A stretch of DNA of 64,000 bases from Eledone cirrhosa. Taxonomy: Eukaryota. This document shows positions 1-15,000 of the stretch, in pieces; the first letter of the stretch is position 1, and the number at the start of each line of letters is the position of its first letter. The notes under the pieces are model-generated. The model saw only the letters and a list, made by a program, of their open reading frames with translations. It made no database searches and was not told where the DNA came from. The stretch spans positions 3,472,001 to 3,536,000 of the forward strand of contig OZ024757.1 in NCBI GenBank assembly GCA_964016885.1, read 5' to 3'. Both the position numbers and the translations under genes were made by a program.

Positions 1-3000
1 TGATAGAGTGTTTAAGGTTACTCGATAGAGTGTGTAAGGTTACTTGATAGAGTGTGTAAGGTTACTTGATAGAGTATGTAAGGTTACTTGATAGAGTGTG
101 TAATGTTACTTGATAGAGTGTGTAAGATTACTCAATAGAGTGTGCAAGGTTACTCAATAGAGTGTGTAAGGTAAAATGATAGAGTGATAAAGTGTGTAAT
201 GTTACTCGAAAGAGTGGGTAAGTTTCCTTGATAGAGTGTAAGGTTACTTGATAGAGAGTGTAAGGCTACTTGAAGAGTGTGTAAGGTTATTCAATAGAGT
301 GTGTAAGGTTACTTGATAGAGTGTGTAAGGTTACTCGATAGAGTGTGTAAGGTTACTTGATAGAGTGAGTAAGGTTACTTGATAGAGTATGTAAGGTTAC
401 TTGATAGAGTGTGTAAGGGTACTCCATAGAGTGTGTAGTGTTACTTGATAGAGTGTAAGGTTACTCGATAGAGTGTGTAAGGTTACTTGATAGAGTGTGT
501 AGTATTACTTGATAGAGTGTAAGGTTACTCAATAGAGTGTGTAAGGTTACTTGATAGAGTGTGTAAGGTTACTTGATAGAGTATGTAAGGTTACTTGATA
601 GAGTGTGTAATGTTACTTGATAGAGCGTGTAAGATTACTCAATAGAGTGTGTAAGGTTACTCAATAGAGTTTTGTAAGGTTCCTTGATAGCGTGTAAGGT
701 TACTTGATAGAGAGTGTAAGGCTACTTGATAGAATGTGTAAGGTTACTCAATAGTGTGTAAGGTTACTTGATAGAGTGTGTAAGTCTACTTCAAAGAGTG
801 TGTAAGGTTATTTGATAGAGTGTGTAAGTTTTCTCGATAGAGTGTGTAAGGCTACTTGATAGAGTGTAAGGTTACTTGATAGAGTGTGTAGTGTTACTTG
901 ATAGAGTGTGTAATGTTACTTGATAGAGTGTGTAAGGCTACTTGATAGAGTGTGTAGTTTTACTTGATAGAGTGGAAGGTTACTTCATAGAGTGTGTAAG
1001 GTTACTTGATAGAGTGTGTAGTGTTACTTGATAGAGTGTGTAAGGTTACTTGATAGAGTGTGTAAGGTTACTTGATAGAGTGTGTAGTATTACTTGATAG
1101 AGTGTAAGGTTACTCAATAGAGTGTGTAAGGTTACTTGATAGAGTGTGTAGTATTACTTCATAGAGTGTGTAAGGTTACCTGATAGAGTGTGTAATGTTA
1201 CTTGATAGAGTGTGTAGTGTTACTTGATACAGTATGTAAGGTTACTTGATAGAGTGTGTATGGTTACTTGATAGAGTGTGTAATGTTACATGATAGAGTG
1301 TGTATGGTTACTTGATAGAGTGTGTAATGTTACTCAATAGAGTGTGTAAGGTTACTTGATAGAGTTTTTAAGGTTACTCATTAGAGTGTGTATGATTACT
1401 TGATAGAGTGTGTAAGGTTACCTGATAGAGCGTGTAAGGTTACTCGATAGAGTGTGCAGTGTTACTTGAAAGAGTGTGTAAGGTTACTTGACCGAGTGTG
1501 TAGTGTTACTTGATAGAGTGTGTAATGTTAATTGATAGAGTGTGTATGGTTACTTTATAGAGTGTGTAAGGTTACTTGATAGAGTCTGTAAGGTTACTTG
1601 ATAGAGTGTGTAAGGTTTCTTGATAGAGTGTGTAAGGTTACTTGACAGAGTGTGTAAGGTTACTTGACAGAGGGTGTAGTGATACTTGATAGAGTGTGTA
1701 AGCTAACTTGATAGAGTGTGGAATGTTACTTCATAGAGTGTGTAAGGTTACTCGATATAGTGTGTAAGGTTACTTGATAGAGTGTGTAAGGTTACTTGAT
1801 AGAGTGTGTAAGGTTACTTGATAGAGTGTGTAAGGTTACTTGATAGAGTGTGTAAGGTTACTTGATAGAATGTGTAGTGTTACATGATAGAGTGTGTAAG
1901 GTTACTTGATAGAGTGTGTAAGGTTACTTGATAGAGTGTGTAACGTTACTTGATAGAGTGTGTAAGGTTACTTGATAGAGTGTGTAAGGTTACTTGATAG
2001 AGTGTGTACGGTCACTTGATAGAGTGTGTAAGGTTACTTGATGGAGTGTGTAAGGTTACTTGATAGAGTGTGTACGGTCACTTGATAGAGTGTTTAAGGT
2101 CACTTGATAGAGTGTGTAAGGTTACTTGATTGAGTGTGTAAGGCTACTCGATAGAGTGTGTAAGGTTACTCGATAGATTGTGTAAGGTTACACGATAGAG
2201 TGTGTAGTGTTACTTGATAGATTGTGCAGTGTTACTTGATAGAGTGTTTAAGGTTACTTGATAGAGTGTGAAACGTTACCCGATGGAGTGTGTAATGTTA
2301 CTCGATAGAGTGTGTAACGTTACTTGATAGAGTGTGCAAGGTTACTCGATATAGTGTTTAAGGTTACTTGATAGAGTGTAAGGTTACTTGATAGAGCGTA
2401 AGGTTACTCGATAGAGTGTGTAAGGCTACTTGATAGAGTGTGTAAGGTTTCTTGATAGAGTGTGTAAGGGTACTCGATAGAGTGTGTAGTGTTACTTGAT
2501 AGAGTGTAAGGTTACTCGATAGAGTGTGTAAGTCTACTTCAAAGAGTGTGTAAGGTTATTTGATAGAATGTGTAAGTTTTCTCGATAGAGTGTGTAAGGC
2601 TACTTGATAGAGTGTAAGGTTACTTGATAGAGTGTGTAGTGTTACTTGATAGAGTGTGTAATGTTACTTGATAGAGTGTGTAAGGCTACTTGATAGAGTG
2701 TGTAGTTTTACTTGATAGAGTGGAAGGTTACTTCATAGAGTGTGTAAGGTTACTTGATAGAGTGTGTAGTGTTACTTGATAGAGTGTGTAAGGTTACTTG
2801 ATAGAGTGTGTAAGGTTACTTGATAGAGTGTTTAGTGTTACTTGATAGAGTGTGTAAGGTTATTTGATAGAGTGTGTAAGGTTACGTGATAGAGTGTGTA
2901 GTGTTACTTGATAGAGTATGTAAGGTTACTTGATAGAGTGTGTATGGTTACTTGATAGAGTGTGTAATGTTACATGATAGAGTGTGTATGGTTACTTGAT

Positions 3001-6000
3001 AGAGTGTGTAATGTTACTCAATAGAATGTGTAAGGTTACTTGATAGAGTGTGTAAGGTTACTCATTAGAGTGTGTACCATTACTTGATAGAGTGTGTAAG
3101 GTTACCTGATAGAGTGTGTAGTGTTACTTGATAGAGTGTGTAATGTTACATGATAGAGTGTGTATGGTTACTTGATAGAGTGTGTAATGTTACTCAATAG
3201 AGTGTGTAAGGTTACTTGATAGAGTGTTTAAGGTTACTCATTAGTGTGTGTATGATTACTTGATAGAGTGTGTAAGGTTACCTGATAGAGCGTGTAAGGT
3301 TACTCGATAGAGTGTGCAGTGTTACTTGAAAGAGTGTGTAAGGTTACTTGACCGAGTGTGTAGTGTTACTTGATAGAGTGTGTAATGTTAATTGATAGAG
3401 TGCGTATGGTTACTTTATAGAGTGTGTAAGGTTACTTGATAGAGTGTGTAAGGTTACTTGATAGAGTGTGTAAGGTTACTTGATAGAGTGTGTAAGGTTA
3501 CTTGACAGAGTGTGTAAGGTTACTTGACAGGGGGTGTAGTGATACTTGATAGAGTGTGTAAGCTAACTTGATAGAGTGTGGAATGTTACTTGATAGAGTG
3601 TGTAAGGTTACTCGATATAGTGTGTAAGGTTACTTGATAGAGTGTGTATGTTTACTTGATAGAGTGTGTAAGGTTACTTGATAGAGAGTGTAAGGTTACT
3701 TGATAGAGAGTGTAAGGTTACTTGATAGAGTGTGTAAGGTTACTTGATAGAGTGAGTAGTGTTACTTGATAGAGTGTGTAACTTTACTTGATAGAGTGTG
3801 TAAGGTTACTCGATAGAGTGTGTAAGGTTACTTGATAGAGTGTGTAAGGTTACTTGATAGAGTGTGCAAGGTTACTTGATAGAGTGTGTAAGGTTACTTG
3901 ATAGAGTGTGTAAGGTTACTTGATAGAGTGTGTAAGGTTACTTAATAGAGTGTGTAAGGTTACTTGATAGAGTGTGTAAGGTTACTTGATAGAGTGTGTA
4001 AGGTTACTTGATAGAATGTGTAAGGTTACTTGATAGAGTGTGTAAGGTTACTTGATAGAGTGTGTAAGGTTACTTGATAGAGTGTGTAAGGTTACTTGAT
4101 AGAGTGTGTAAGGTTACTTGATAGAATGTGTAAGGTTACTTGATAGAGTGTGTAAGGTTACTTGATAGAGTGTGTAATGTTACTTGATAGAGTGTGTAAG
4201 GTTACTTGATAGAGTGTGTAAGGTTACTTGATAGAGTATGTAAGGTTACTTGATAGAGTGTGTAAGGTTACTTGATAGAGTGTGTAAGGTTACTTGATAG
4301 AGTGTGTAAGGTTACTTGATAGAATGTGTAGTGTTACTTGATAGAGTGTGTAAGGTTACTTGATAGAGTGTGTAAGGTTACTTGATAGAGTGTGTAATGT
4401 TACTTGATAGAGTGTGTAAGGTTACTTGATAGAGTGTGTAGTGTTACTTGATAGAGTGTGTAAGGTTACTTGATAGAGTGTGTAAGGTTACTTGATAGAG
4501 AGTGTAAGGTTACTTGATAGAGTGTGTACGGTCACTTGATAGAGTGTGTAAGGTTACTTGATTGAGTGTGTAAGGCTACTCGATAGAATGTGTAAGGTTA
4601 CTCGATGGAGTGTGTAGTGTTACTTGATAGAGTGTGCAGTGTTACTTGATAGAGTGTTTAAGGTTACTTGATAGAGTGTGAAAGGTTACCCGATGGAGTG
4701 TGTAAGGATACTCGATAGAGTGTGTAACGTTACTTGATAGAGTGTGTAAGGTTACTTGATAGAGTGTGTAAGGTTACTTGATAGAGTGTGTAAGGTTACT
4801 TGATAGAGTGTGTACGGTCACTTGATAGAGTGTGAAAGGTTACTTGATAGAGTGTGTAAGGTTACTTGATAGAGCGTGTACGGTCACTAGATAGAGTGTT
4901 TAAGGTCACTTGATAGAGTGTGTAAGGTTACTGGATTGAGTGTGTAAGGCTACTCGATAGAGTGTGTAAGGTTACTCGATGGAGTGTGTAAGGTTACACG
5001 ATAGAGTGTGTAGTGTTACTTGATAGAATGTGCAGTGTTACTTGATAGAGTGTTTAAGGTTACTTGATAGAGTGTGAAAGGTTACCCGATGGAGTGTGTA
5101 ATGTTACTCGATAGAGTGTGTACCGTTACTTGATAGAGTGTGCAAGGTTACTCGATATAGTGTTTAAGGTTACTTGATAGAGTGTGTAAGGTTACTAGAT
5201 AGAGTGTATAAGGTTACTCGATAGAGTGTGTAAGGTTACTTGATAGAGTGTAAGGTTACTTGATAGAGTGTAAGGTTACTCGATAGAGTGTGTAAGGTTA
5301 CTTGATAGAGTGTGTAAGGTTTCTTGATAGAGTGTGTAAGGGTACTCGATAGAGTGTGTAGTGTTACTTGATAGAGTGTAAGGTTACTCGATAGAGTGTG
5401 TAAGTCTACTTCAAAGAGTGTGTAAGGTTATTTGATAGAATGTGTAAGTTTTCTCGATAGAGTGTGTAAGGCTACTTGATAGAGTGTAAGGTTACTTGAT
5501 AGAGTGTGTAGTGTTACTTGATAGAGTCTGTAATGTTACTTGATAGAGTGTGTAAGGCTACTTGATAGAGTGTGTAGTTTTACTTGATAGAGTGGAAGGT
5601 TACTTCAGAGAGTGTGTAAGGTTACTTGATAGAGTGTGTAGTGTTACTTGATAGAGTGTGTAAGGTTACTTGATAGAGTGTGTAAGGTTACTTGATAGAG
5701 TGTTTAGTGTTACTTGATAGAGTGTGTAAGGTTATTTGATAGAGTGTGTAAGGTTACGTGATAGAGTGTGTAGTATTACTTGATAGAGTGTAAGGTTACT
5801 CAATAGAGTGTGTAAGGTTACTTGATAGAGTGTGTAGTATTACTTGATAGAGTGTGTAAGGTTACCTGATAGAGTGTGTAAGGTTACTTGATAGAGTGTG
5901 TAGTGTTACTTGATAGAGTATGTAAGGTTACTTGATAGAGTGTGTATGGTTACTTGATAGAGTGTGTAATGTTACATGATAGAGTGTGTATGGTTACTTG

Positions 6001-9000
6001 ATAGAGTGTGTAATGTTACTCAATAGAATGTGTAAGGTTACTTGATAGAGTGTGTAAGGTTACTCATTAGAGTGTGTACGATTACTTGATAGAGTGTGTA
6101 AGGTTACCTGATAGAGTAGGTAGTGTTACTTGATAGAGTGTGTAATGTTACTCAATAGAGTGTGTAAGGTTACTTGATAGAGTGTTTAAGGTTACTCATT
6201 AGTGTGTGTATGATTACTTGATAGAGTGTGTAAGGTTACCTGATAGAGCGTGTAAGGTTACTCGATAGAGTGTGCAGTGTTACTTGAAAGAGTGTGTAAG
6301 GTTACTTGACCGAGTGTGTAGTGTTACTTGATAGAGTGTGTAATGTTAATTGATAGAGTGTGTATGGTTACTTTATAGAGTGTGTAAGGTTACTTGATAG
6401 AGTGTGTAAGGTTACTTGATAGAGTGTGTAAGGTTACTTGATAGAGTGTGTAAGGTTACTTGACAGAGTGTGTAAGGTTACTTGACAGAGGGTGTAGTGA
6501 TACTTGATAGAGTGTGTAAGCTAACTTGATAGAGTGTGGAATGTTACTTGATAGAGTGTGTAAGGTTACTCGATATAGTGTGTAAGGTTACTTGATAGAG
6601 TGTGTATGTTTACTTGATAGAGTGTGTAAGGTTACTTGATAGAGAGTGTAAGGTTACTTGATAGAGAGTGTAAGGTTACTTGATAGAGTGTGTAAGGTTA
6701 CTTGATAGAGTGTGTAGTGTTACTTGATAGAGTGTGTAACTTTACTTGATAGAGTGTGTAAGGTTACTCGATAGAGTGTGTAAGGTTACTTGATAGAGTG
6801 TGTAAGGTTACTTGATAGAGTGTGCAAGGTTACTTGATAGAGTGTGTAAGGTTACTTGATAGAGTGTGTAAGGTTACTTGATAGAGTGTGTAAGGTTACT
6901 TGATAGAGTGTGTAAGGTTACTTGAAAGAGTGTGTAAGGTTACTTGATAGAGTGTGTAAGGTTACTTGATAGAATGTGTAAGGTTACTTGATAGAGTGTG
7001 TAAGGTTACTTAATAGAGTGTGTAAGGTTACTTGATAGAGTGTGTAAGGTTACTTGATAGAGTGTATAAGGTTACTTGATAGAATGTGTAAGTTTACTTG
7101 ATAGAGTGTGTAAGGTTACTTGATAGAGTGTGTAATGTTACTTGATAGAGTGTGTAAGGTTACTTGATAGAGTGTGTAAGGTTACTTGATAGAGTATGTA
7201 AGGTTACTTGATAGAGTGTGTAAGGTTACTCGTTAGAGAGTGTAAGGTTACTTGATAGAGTGTGTAAGGTTACTTGATAGAGCGTGTAAGGTTACTTGAT
7301 AGAATGTGTAGTGTTACTTGATAGAGTGTGTAAGGTTACTTGATAGAGTGTGTAAGGTTACTTGATAGAGTGTGTAAGGTTACTTGATAGAGTGTGTAAG
7401 GTTACTTGATAGAGTGTGTAAGGTTACTTGATAGAGTGTGTAATGTTACTTGATAGAGTGTGTAAGGTTACTTGATAGAGTGTGTAAGGTTACTTGATAG
7501 AGTATGTAAGGTTACTTGATAGAGTGTGTAAGGTTACTTGATAGAGTGTGTAAGGTTACTTGATAGAGTGTGTAAGGTTACTTGATAGAATGTGTAGTGT
7601 TACTTGATAGAGTGTGTAAGGTTACTTGATAGAGTGTGTAAGGTTACTTGATAGAGTGTGTAATGTTACTTGATAGAGTGTGTAAGGTTACTTGATAGAG
7701 TGTGTAGTGTTACTTGATAGAGTGTGTAAGGTTACTTGATAGAGTGTGTAAGGTTACTTGATAGAGAGTGTAAGGTTACTTGATAGAGTGTGTACGGTCA
7801 CTTGATAGAGTGTGTAAGGTTACTTGATTGAGTGTGTAAGGCTACTCGATAGAATGTGTAAGGTTACTCGATGGAGTGTGTAGTGTTACTTGATAGAGTG
7901 TGCAGTGTTACTTGATAGAGTGTTTAAGGTTACTTGATAGAGTGTGAAAGGTTACCCGATGGAGTGTGTAAGGATACTCGATAGAGTGTGTAACGTTACT
8001 TGATAGAGTGTGTAAGGTTACTTGATAGAGTGTGTAAGGTTACTTGATAGAGTGTGTAAGGTTACTTGATAGAGTGTGTACGGTCACTTGATAGAGTGTG
8101 AAAGGTTACTTGATAGAGTGTGTAAGGTTACTTGATAGAGCGTGTACGGTCACTAGATAGAGTGTTTAAGGTCACTTGATAGAGTGTGTAAGGTTACTGG
8201 ATTGAGTGTGTAAGGCTACTCGATAGAGTGTGTAAGGTTACTCGATGGAGTGTGTAAGGTTACACGATAGAGTGTGTAGTGTTACTTGATAGAATGTGCA
8301 GTGTTACTTGATAGAGTGTTTAAGGTTACTTGATAGAGTGTGAAAGGTTACCCGATGGAGTGTGTAATGTTACTCGATAGAGTGTGTACCGTTACTTGAT
8401 AGAGTGTGCAAGGTTACTCGATATAGTGTTTAAGGTTACTTGATAGAGTGTGTAAGGTTACTAGATAGAGTGTATAAGGTTACTCGATAGAGTGTGTAAG
8501 GTTACTTGATAGAGTGTAAGGTTACTTGATAGAGTGTAAGGTTACTCGATAGAGTGTGTAAGGTTACTTGATAGAGTGTGTAAGGTTTCTTGATAGAGTG
8601 TGTAAGGGTACTCGATAGAGTGTGTAGTGTTACTTGATAGAGTGTAAGGTTACTCGATAGAGTGTGTAAGTCTACTTCAAAGAGTGTGTAAGGTTATTTG
8701 ATAGAATGTGTAAGTTTTCTCGATAGAGTGTGTAAGGCTACTTGATAGAGTGTAAGGTTACTTGATAGAGTGTGTAGTGTTACTTGATAGAGTCTGTAAT
8801 GTTACTTGATAGAGTGTGTAAGGCTACTTGATAGAGTGTGTAGTTTTACTTGATAGAGTGGAAGGTTACTTCAGAGAGTGTGTAAGGTTACTTGATAGAG
8901 TGTGTAGTGTTACTTGATAGAGTGTGTAAGGTTACTTGATAGAGTGTGTAAGGTTACTTGATAGAGTGTTTAGTGTTACTTGATAGAGTGTGTAAGGTTA

Positions 9001-12000
9001 TTTGATAGAGTGTGTAAGGTTACGTGATAGAGTGTGTAGTATTACTTGATAGAGTGTAAGGTTACTCAATAGAGTGTGTAAGGTTACTTGATAGAGTGTG
9101 TAGTATTACTTGATAGAGTGTGTAAGGTTACCTGATAGAGTGTGTAAGGTTACTTGATAGAGTGTGTAGTGTTACTTGATAGAGTATGTAAGGTTACTTG
9201 ATAGAGTGTGTATGGTTACTTGATAGAGTGTGTAATGTTACATGATAGAGTGTGTATGGTTACTTGATAGAGTGTGTAATGTTACTCAATAGAATGTGTA
9301 AGGTTACATGATAGAGTGTGTATGGTTACTTGATAGAGTGTGTAATGTTACTCAATAGAATGTGTAAGGTTACTTGATAGAGTGTGTAAGGTTACTCATT
9401 AGAGTGTGTACGATTACTTGATAGAGTATGTAAGGTTACCTGATAGAGTAGGTAGTGTTACTTGATAGAGTGTGTAATGTTACTCAATAGAGTGTGTAAG
9501 GTTACTTGATAGAGTGTTTAAGGTTACTCATTAGTGTGTGTATGATTACTTGATAGAGTGTGTAAGGTTACCTGATAGAGCGTGTAAGGTTACTCGATAG
9601 AGTGTGCAGTGTTACTTGAAAGAGTGTGTAAGGTTACTTGACCGAGTGTGTAGTGTTACTTGATAGAGTGTGTAATGTTAATTGATAGAGTGTGTATGGT
9701 TACTTTATAGAGTGTGTAAGGTTACTTGATAGAGTGTGTAAGGTTACTTGATAGAGTGTGTAAGGTTACTTGATAGAGTGTGTAAGGTTACTTGACAGAG
9801 TGTGTAAGGTTACTTGACAGAGGGTGTAGTGATACTTGATAGAGTGTGTAAGCTAACTTGATAGAGTGTGGAATGTTACTTGATAGAGTGTGTAAGGTTA
9901 CTCGATATAGTGTGTAAGGTTACTTGATAGAGTGTGTATGTTTACTTGATAGAGTGTGTAAGGTTACTTGATAGAGAGTGTAAGGTTACTTGATAGAGAG
10001 TGTAAGGTTACTTGATAGAGTGTGTAAGGTTACTTGATAGAGTGTGTAGTGTTACTTGATAGAGTGTGTAACTTTACTTGATAGAGTGTGTAAGGTTACT
10101 CGATAGAGTGTGTAAGGTTACTTGATAGAGTGTGTAAGGTTACTTGATAGAGTGTGCAAGGTTACTTGATAGAGTGTGTAAGGTTACTTGAAAGAGTGTG
10201 TAAGGTTACTTGATAGAGTGTGTAAGGTTACTTGATAGAATGTGTAAGGTTACTTGATAGAGTGTGTAAGGTTACTTAATAGAGTGTGTAAGGTTACTTG
10301 ATAGAGTGTGTAAGGTTACTTGATAGAGTGTATAAGGTTACTTGATAGAATGTGTAAGTTTACTTGATAGAGTGGGTAAGGTTACTTGATAGAGTGTGTA
10401 ATGTTACTTGATAGAGTGTGTAAGGTTACTTGATAGAGTGTGTAAGGTTACTTGATAGAGTATGTAAGGTTACTTGATAGAGTGTGTAAGGTTACTCGTT
10501 AGAGAGTGTAAGGTTACTTGATAGAGTGTGTAAGGTTACTTGATAGAGCGTGTAAGGTTACTTGATAGAATGTGTAGTGTTACTTGATAGAGTGTGTAAG
10601 GTTACTTGATAGAGTGTGTAAGGTTACTTGATAGAGTGTGTAAGGTTACTTGATAGAGTGTGTAAGGTTACTTGATAGAGTGTGTAAGGTTACTTGATAG
10701 AGTGTGTAATGTTACTTGATAGAGTGTGTAAGGTTACTTGATAGAGTGTGTAAGGTTACTTGATAGAGTATGTAAGGTTACTTGATAGAGTGTGTAAGGT
10801 TACTTGATAGAGTGTGTAAGGTTACTTGATAGAGTGTGTAAGGTTACTTGATAGAATGTGTAGTGTTACTTGATAGAGTGTGTAAGGTTACTTGATAGAG
10901 TGTGTAAGGTTACTTGATAGAGTGTGTAATGTTACTTGATAGAGTGTGTAAGGTTACTTGATAGAGTGTGTAGTGTTACTTGATAGAGTGTGTAAGGTTA
11001 CTTGATAGAGTGTGTAAGGTTACTTGATAGAGAGTGTAAGGTTACTTGATAGAGTGTGTACGGTCACTTGATAGAGTGTGTAAGGTTACTTGATTGAGTG
11101 TGTAAGGCTACTCGATAGAATGTGTAAGGTTACTCGATGGAGTGTGTAGTGTTACTTGATAGAGTGTGCAGTGTTACTTGATAGAGTGTTTAAGGTTACT
11201 TGATAGAGTGTGAAAGGTTACCCGATGGAGTGTGTAAGGATACTCGATAGAGTGTGTAACGTTACTTGATAGAGTGTGTAAGGTTACTTGATAGAGTGTG
11301 TAAGGTTACTTGATAGAGTGTGTAAGGTTACTTGATAGAGTGTGTACGGTCACTTGATAGAGTGTGAAAGGTTACTTGATAGAGTGTGTAAGGTTACTTG
11401 ATAGAGCGTGTACGGTCACTAGATAGAGTGTTTAAGGTCACTTGATAGAGTGTGTAAGGTTACTGGATTGAGTGTGTAAGGCTACTCGATAGAGTGTGTA
11501 AGGTTACTCGATGGAGTGTGTAAGGTTACCCGATAGAGTGTGTAGTGTTACTTGATAGAATGTGCAGTGTTACTTGATAGAGTGTTTAAGGTTACTTGAT
11601 AGAGTGTGAAAGGTTACCCGATGGAGTGTGTAATGTTACTCGATAGAGTGTGTACCGTTACTTGATAGAGTGTGCAAGGTTACTCGATATAGTGTTTAAG
11701 GTTACTTGATAGAGTGTGTAAGGTTACTAGATAGAGTGTATAAGGTTACTCGATAGAGTGTGTAAGGTTACTTGATAGAGTGTAAGGTTACTTGATAGAG
11801 TGTAAGGTTACTCGATAGAGTGTGTAAGGTTACTTGATAGAGTGTGTAAGGTTTCTTGATAGAGTGTGTAAGGGTACTCGATAGAGTGTGTAGTGTTACT
11901 TGATAGAGTGTAAGGTTACTCGATAGAGTGTGTAAGTCTACTTCAAAGAGTGTGTAAGGTTATTTGATAGAATGTGTAAGTTTTCTCGATAGAGTGTGTA

Positions 12001-15000
12001 AGGCTACTTGATAGAGTGTAAGGTTACTTGATAGAGTGTGTAGTGTTACTTGATAGAGTCTGTAATGTTACTTGATAGAGTGTGTAAGGCTACTTGATAG
12101 AGTGTGTAGTTTTACTTGATAGAGTGGAAGGTTACTTCAGAGAGTGTGTAAGGTTACTTGATAGAGTGTGTAGTGTTACTTGATAGAGTGTGTAAGGTTA
12201 CTTGATAGAGTGTGTAAGGTTACTTGATAGAGTGTTTAGTGTTACTTGATAGAGTGTGTAAGGTTATTTGATAGAGTGTGTAAGGTTACGTGATAGAGTG
12301 TGTAGTATTACTTGATAGAGTGTAAGGTTACTCAATAGAGTGTGTAAGGTTACTTGATAGAGTGTGTAGTATTAATTGATAGAGTGTGTAAGGTTACCTG
12401 ATAGAGTGTGTAAGGTTACTTGATAGAGTGTGTAGTGTTACTTGATAGAGTATGTAAGGTTACTTGATAGAGTGTGTATGGTTACTTGATAGAGTGTGTA
12501 ATGTTACATGATAGAGTGTGTATGGTTACTTGATAGAGTGTGTAATGTTACTCAATAGAATGTGTAAGGTTACTTGATAGAGTGTGTAAGGTTACTCATT
12601 AGAGTGTGTACGATTACTTGATAGAGTGTGTAAGGTTACCTGATAGAGTAGGTAGTGTTACTTGATAGAGTGTGTAATGTTACTCAATAGAGTGTGTAAG
12701 GTTACTTGATAGAGTGTTTAAGGTTACTCATTAGTGTGTGTATGATTACTTGATAGAGTGTGTAAGGTTACCTGATAGAGCGTGTAAGGTTACTCGATAG
12801 AGTGTGCAGTGTTACTTGAAAGAGTGTGTAAGGTTACTTGACCGAGTGTGTAGTGTTACTTGATAGAGTGTGTAATGTTAATTGATAGAGTGTGTATGGT
12901 TACTTTATAGAGTGTGTAAGGTTACTTGATAGAGTGTGTAAGGTTACTTGATAGAGTGTGTAAGGTTACTTGATAGAGTGTGTAAGGTTACTTGACAGAG
13001 TGTGTAAGGTTACTTGACAGAGGGTGTAGTGATACTTGATAGAGTGTGTAAGCTAACTTGATAGAGTGTGGAATGTTACTTGATAGAGTGTGTAAGGTTA
13101 CTCGATATAGTGTGTAAGGTTACTTGATAGAGTGTGTATGTTTACTTGATAGAGTGTGTAAGGTTACTTGATAGAGAGTGTAAGGTTACTTGATAGAGAG
13201 TGTAAGGTTACTTGATAGAGTGTGTAAGGTTACTTGATAGAGTGTGTAGTGTTACTTGATAGAGTGTGTAACTTTACTTGATAGAGTGTGTAAGGTTACT
13301 CGATAGAGTGTGTAAGGTTACTTGATAGAGTGTGTAAGGTTACTTGATAGAGTGTGCAAGGTTACTTGATAGAGTGTGTAAGGTTACTTGATAGAGTGTG
13401 TAAGGTTACTTGATAGAGTGTGTAAGGTTACTTGATAGAGTGTGTAAGGTTACTTGAAAGAGTGTGTAAGGTTACTTGATAGAGTGTGTAAGGTTACTTG
13501 ATAGAATGTGTAAGGTTACTTGATAGAGTGTGTAAGGTTACTTAATAGAGTGTGTAAGGTTACTTGATAGAGTGTGTAAGGTTACTTGATAGAGTGTATA
13601 AGGTTACTTGATAGAATGTGTAAGTTTACTTGATAGAGTGTGTAAGGTTACTTGATAGAGTGTGTAATGTTACTTGATAGAGTGTGTAAGGTTACTTGAT
13701 AGAATGTGTAAGGTTACTTGATAGAGTATGTAAGGTTACTTGATAGAGTGTGTAAGGTTACTCGTTAGAGAGTGTAAGGTTACTTGATAGAGTGTGTAAG
13801 GTTACTTGATAGAGCGTGTAAGGTTACTTGATAGAATGTGTAGTGTTACTTGATAGAGTGTGTAAGGTTACTTGATAGAGTGTGTAAGGTTACTTGATAG
13901 AGTGTGTAAGGTTACTTGATAGAGTGTGTAAGGTTACTTGATAGAGTGTGTAAGGTTACTTGATAGAGTGTGTAAGGTTACTTGATAGAGAGTGTAAGGT
14001 TACTTGATAGAGTGTGTACGGTCACTTGATAGAGTGTGTAAGGTTACTTGATTGAGTGTGTAAGGCTACTCGATAGAGTGTGTAAGGTTACTCGATGGAG
14101 TGTGTAGTGTTACTTGATAGAGTGTGCAGTGTTACTTGATAGAGTGTTTAAGGTTACTTGATAGAGTGTGAAAGGTTACTCGATATAGTGTGTAAGGTTA
14201 CTTGATAGAGTGTGTAAGGTTACCCGATGGAGTGTGTAAGGATACTCGATAGAGTGTGTAACGTTACTTGATAGAGTGTGCAAGGTTACTCGATATAGTG
14301 TGTAAGGTTACTTGATAGAGTGTGTAAGGTTACTCGATAGAGTGTGTAAGGTTACTTGATAGAGTGTGTAAGGTTACTCGATAGAGTGTGTAAGGGTACT
14401 CGATAGAGTGTGTAAGTTTACTTGATAGAGTGTGTAAGGTTACTCGATAGAGTTTGCAATGTTACATAATAAAATGTGTAAGGTTACTTGATAGAGTGTG
14501 TAAGGTTACTTGATAGAGTGTGTAAGGTTACTTGATAGAGTATGTAAGGTTACTTGATAGAGTGTGTAATGTTACTTGATAGAGTGTGTAAGGTTACTTG
14601 TTGAAGTGTGTAAGGTTACTTAATAGAGTGTGTAAGGTTTCTTGATAGCGTGTAACCTTACTTGATAGAGAGTGTAAGGCTACTTGATAGAATGTGTAAG
14701 GTTACTCAATAGTGTGTAATGTTACTTGATAGAGTGTGTAAGGTTACTTGATAGAGCGTGTAAGGTTACTCGATGGAGTGTGTAAGGTTACTTGATAGAG
14801 TGTATAAGGTTACTCGATAGAGTGTGTAAGGTTACTTGATAGAGTGTGTAAGGTTCCTTAATAGAGTGTGTAAGGTTACTTGATAGAGTGTAAGGTTACT
14901 CGATAGAGTGTGTAAGGTTACTTGATAGAGTGTAAGGTTACTTGATAGAGTGTGTAAGGCTACTTGATAGAGTGTGTAAGGTTTCTTGATAGAGTGTGTA

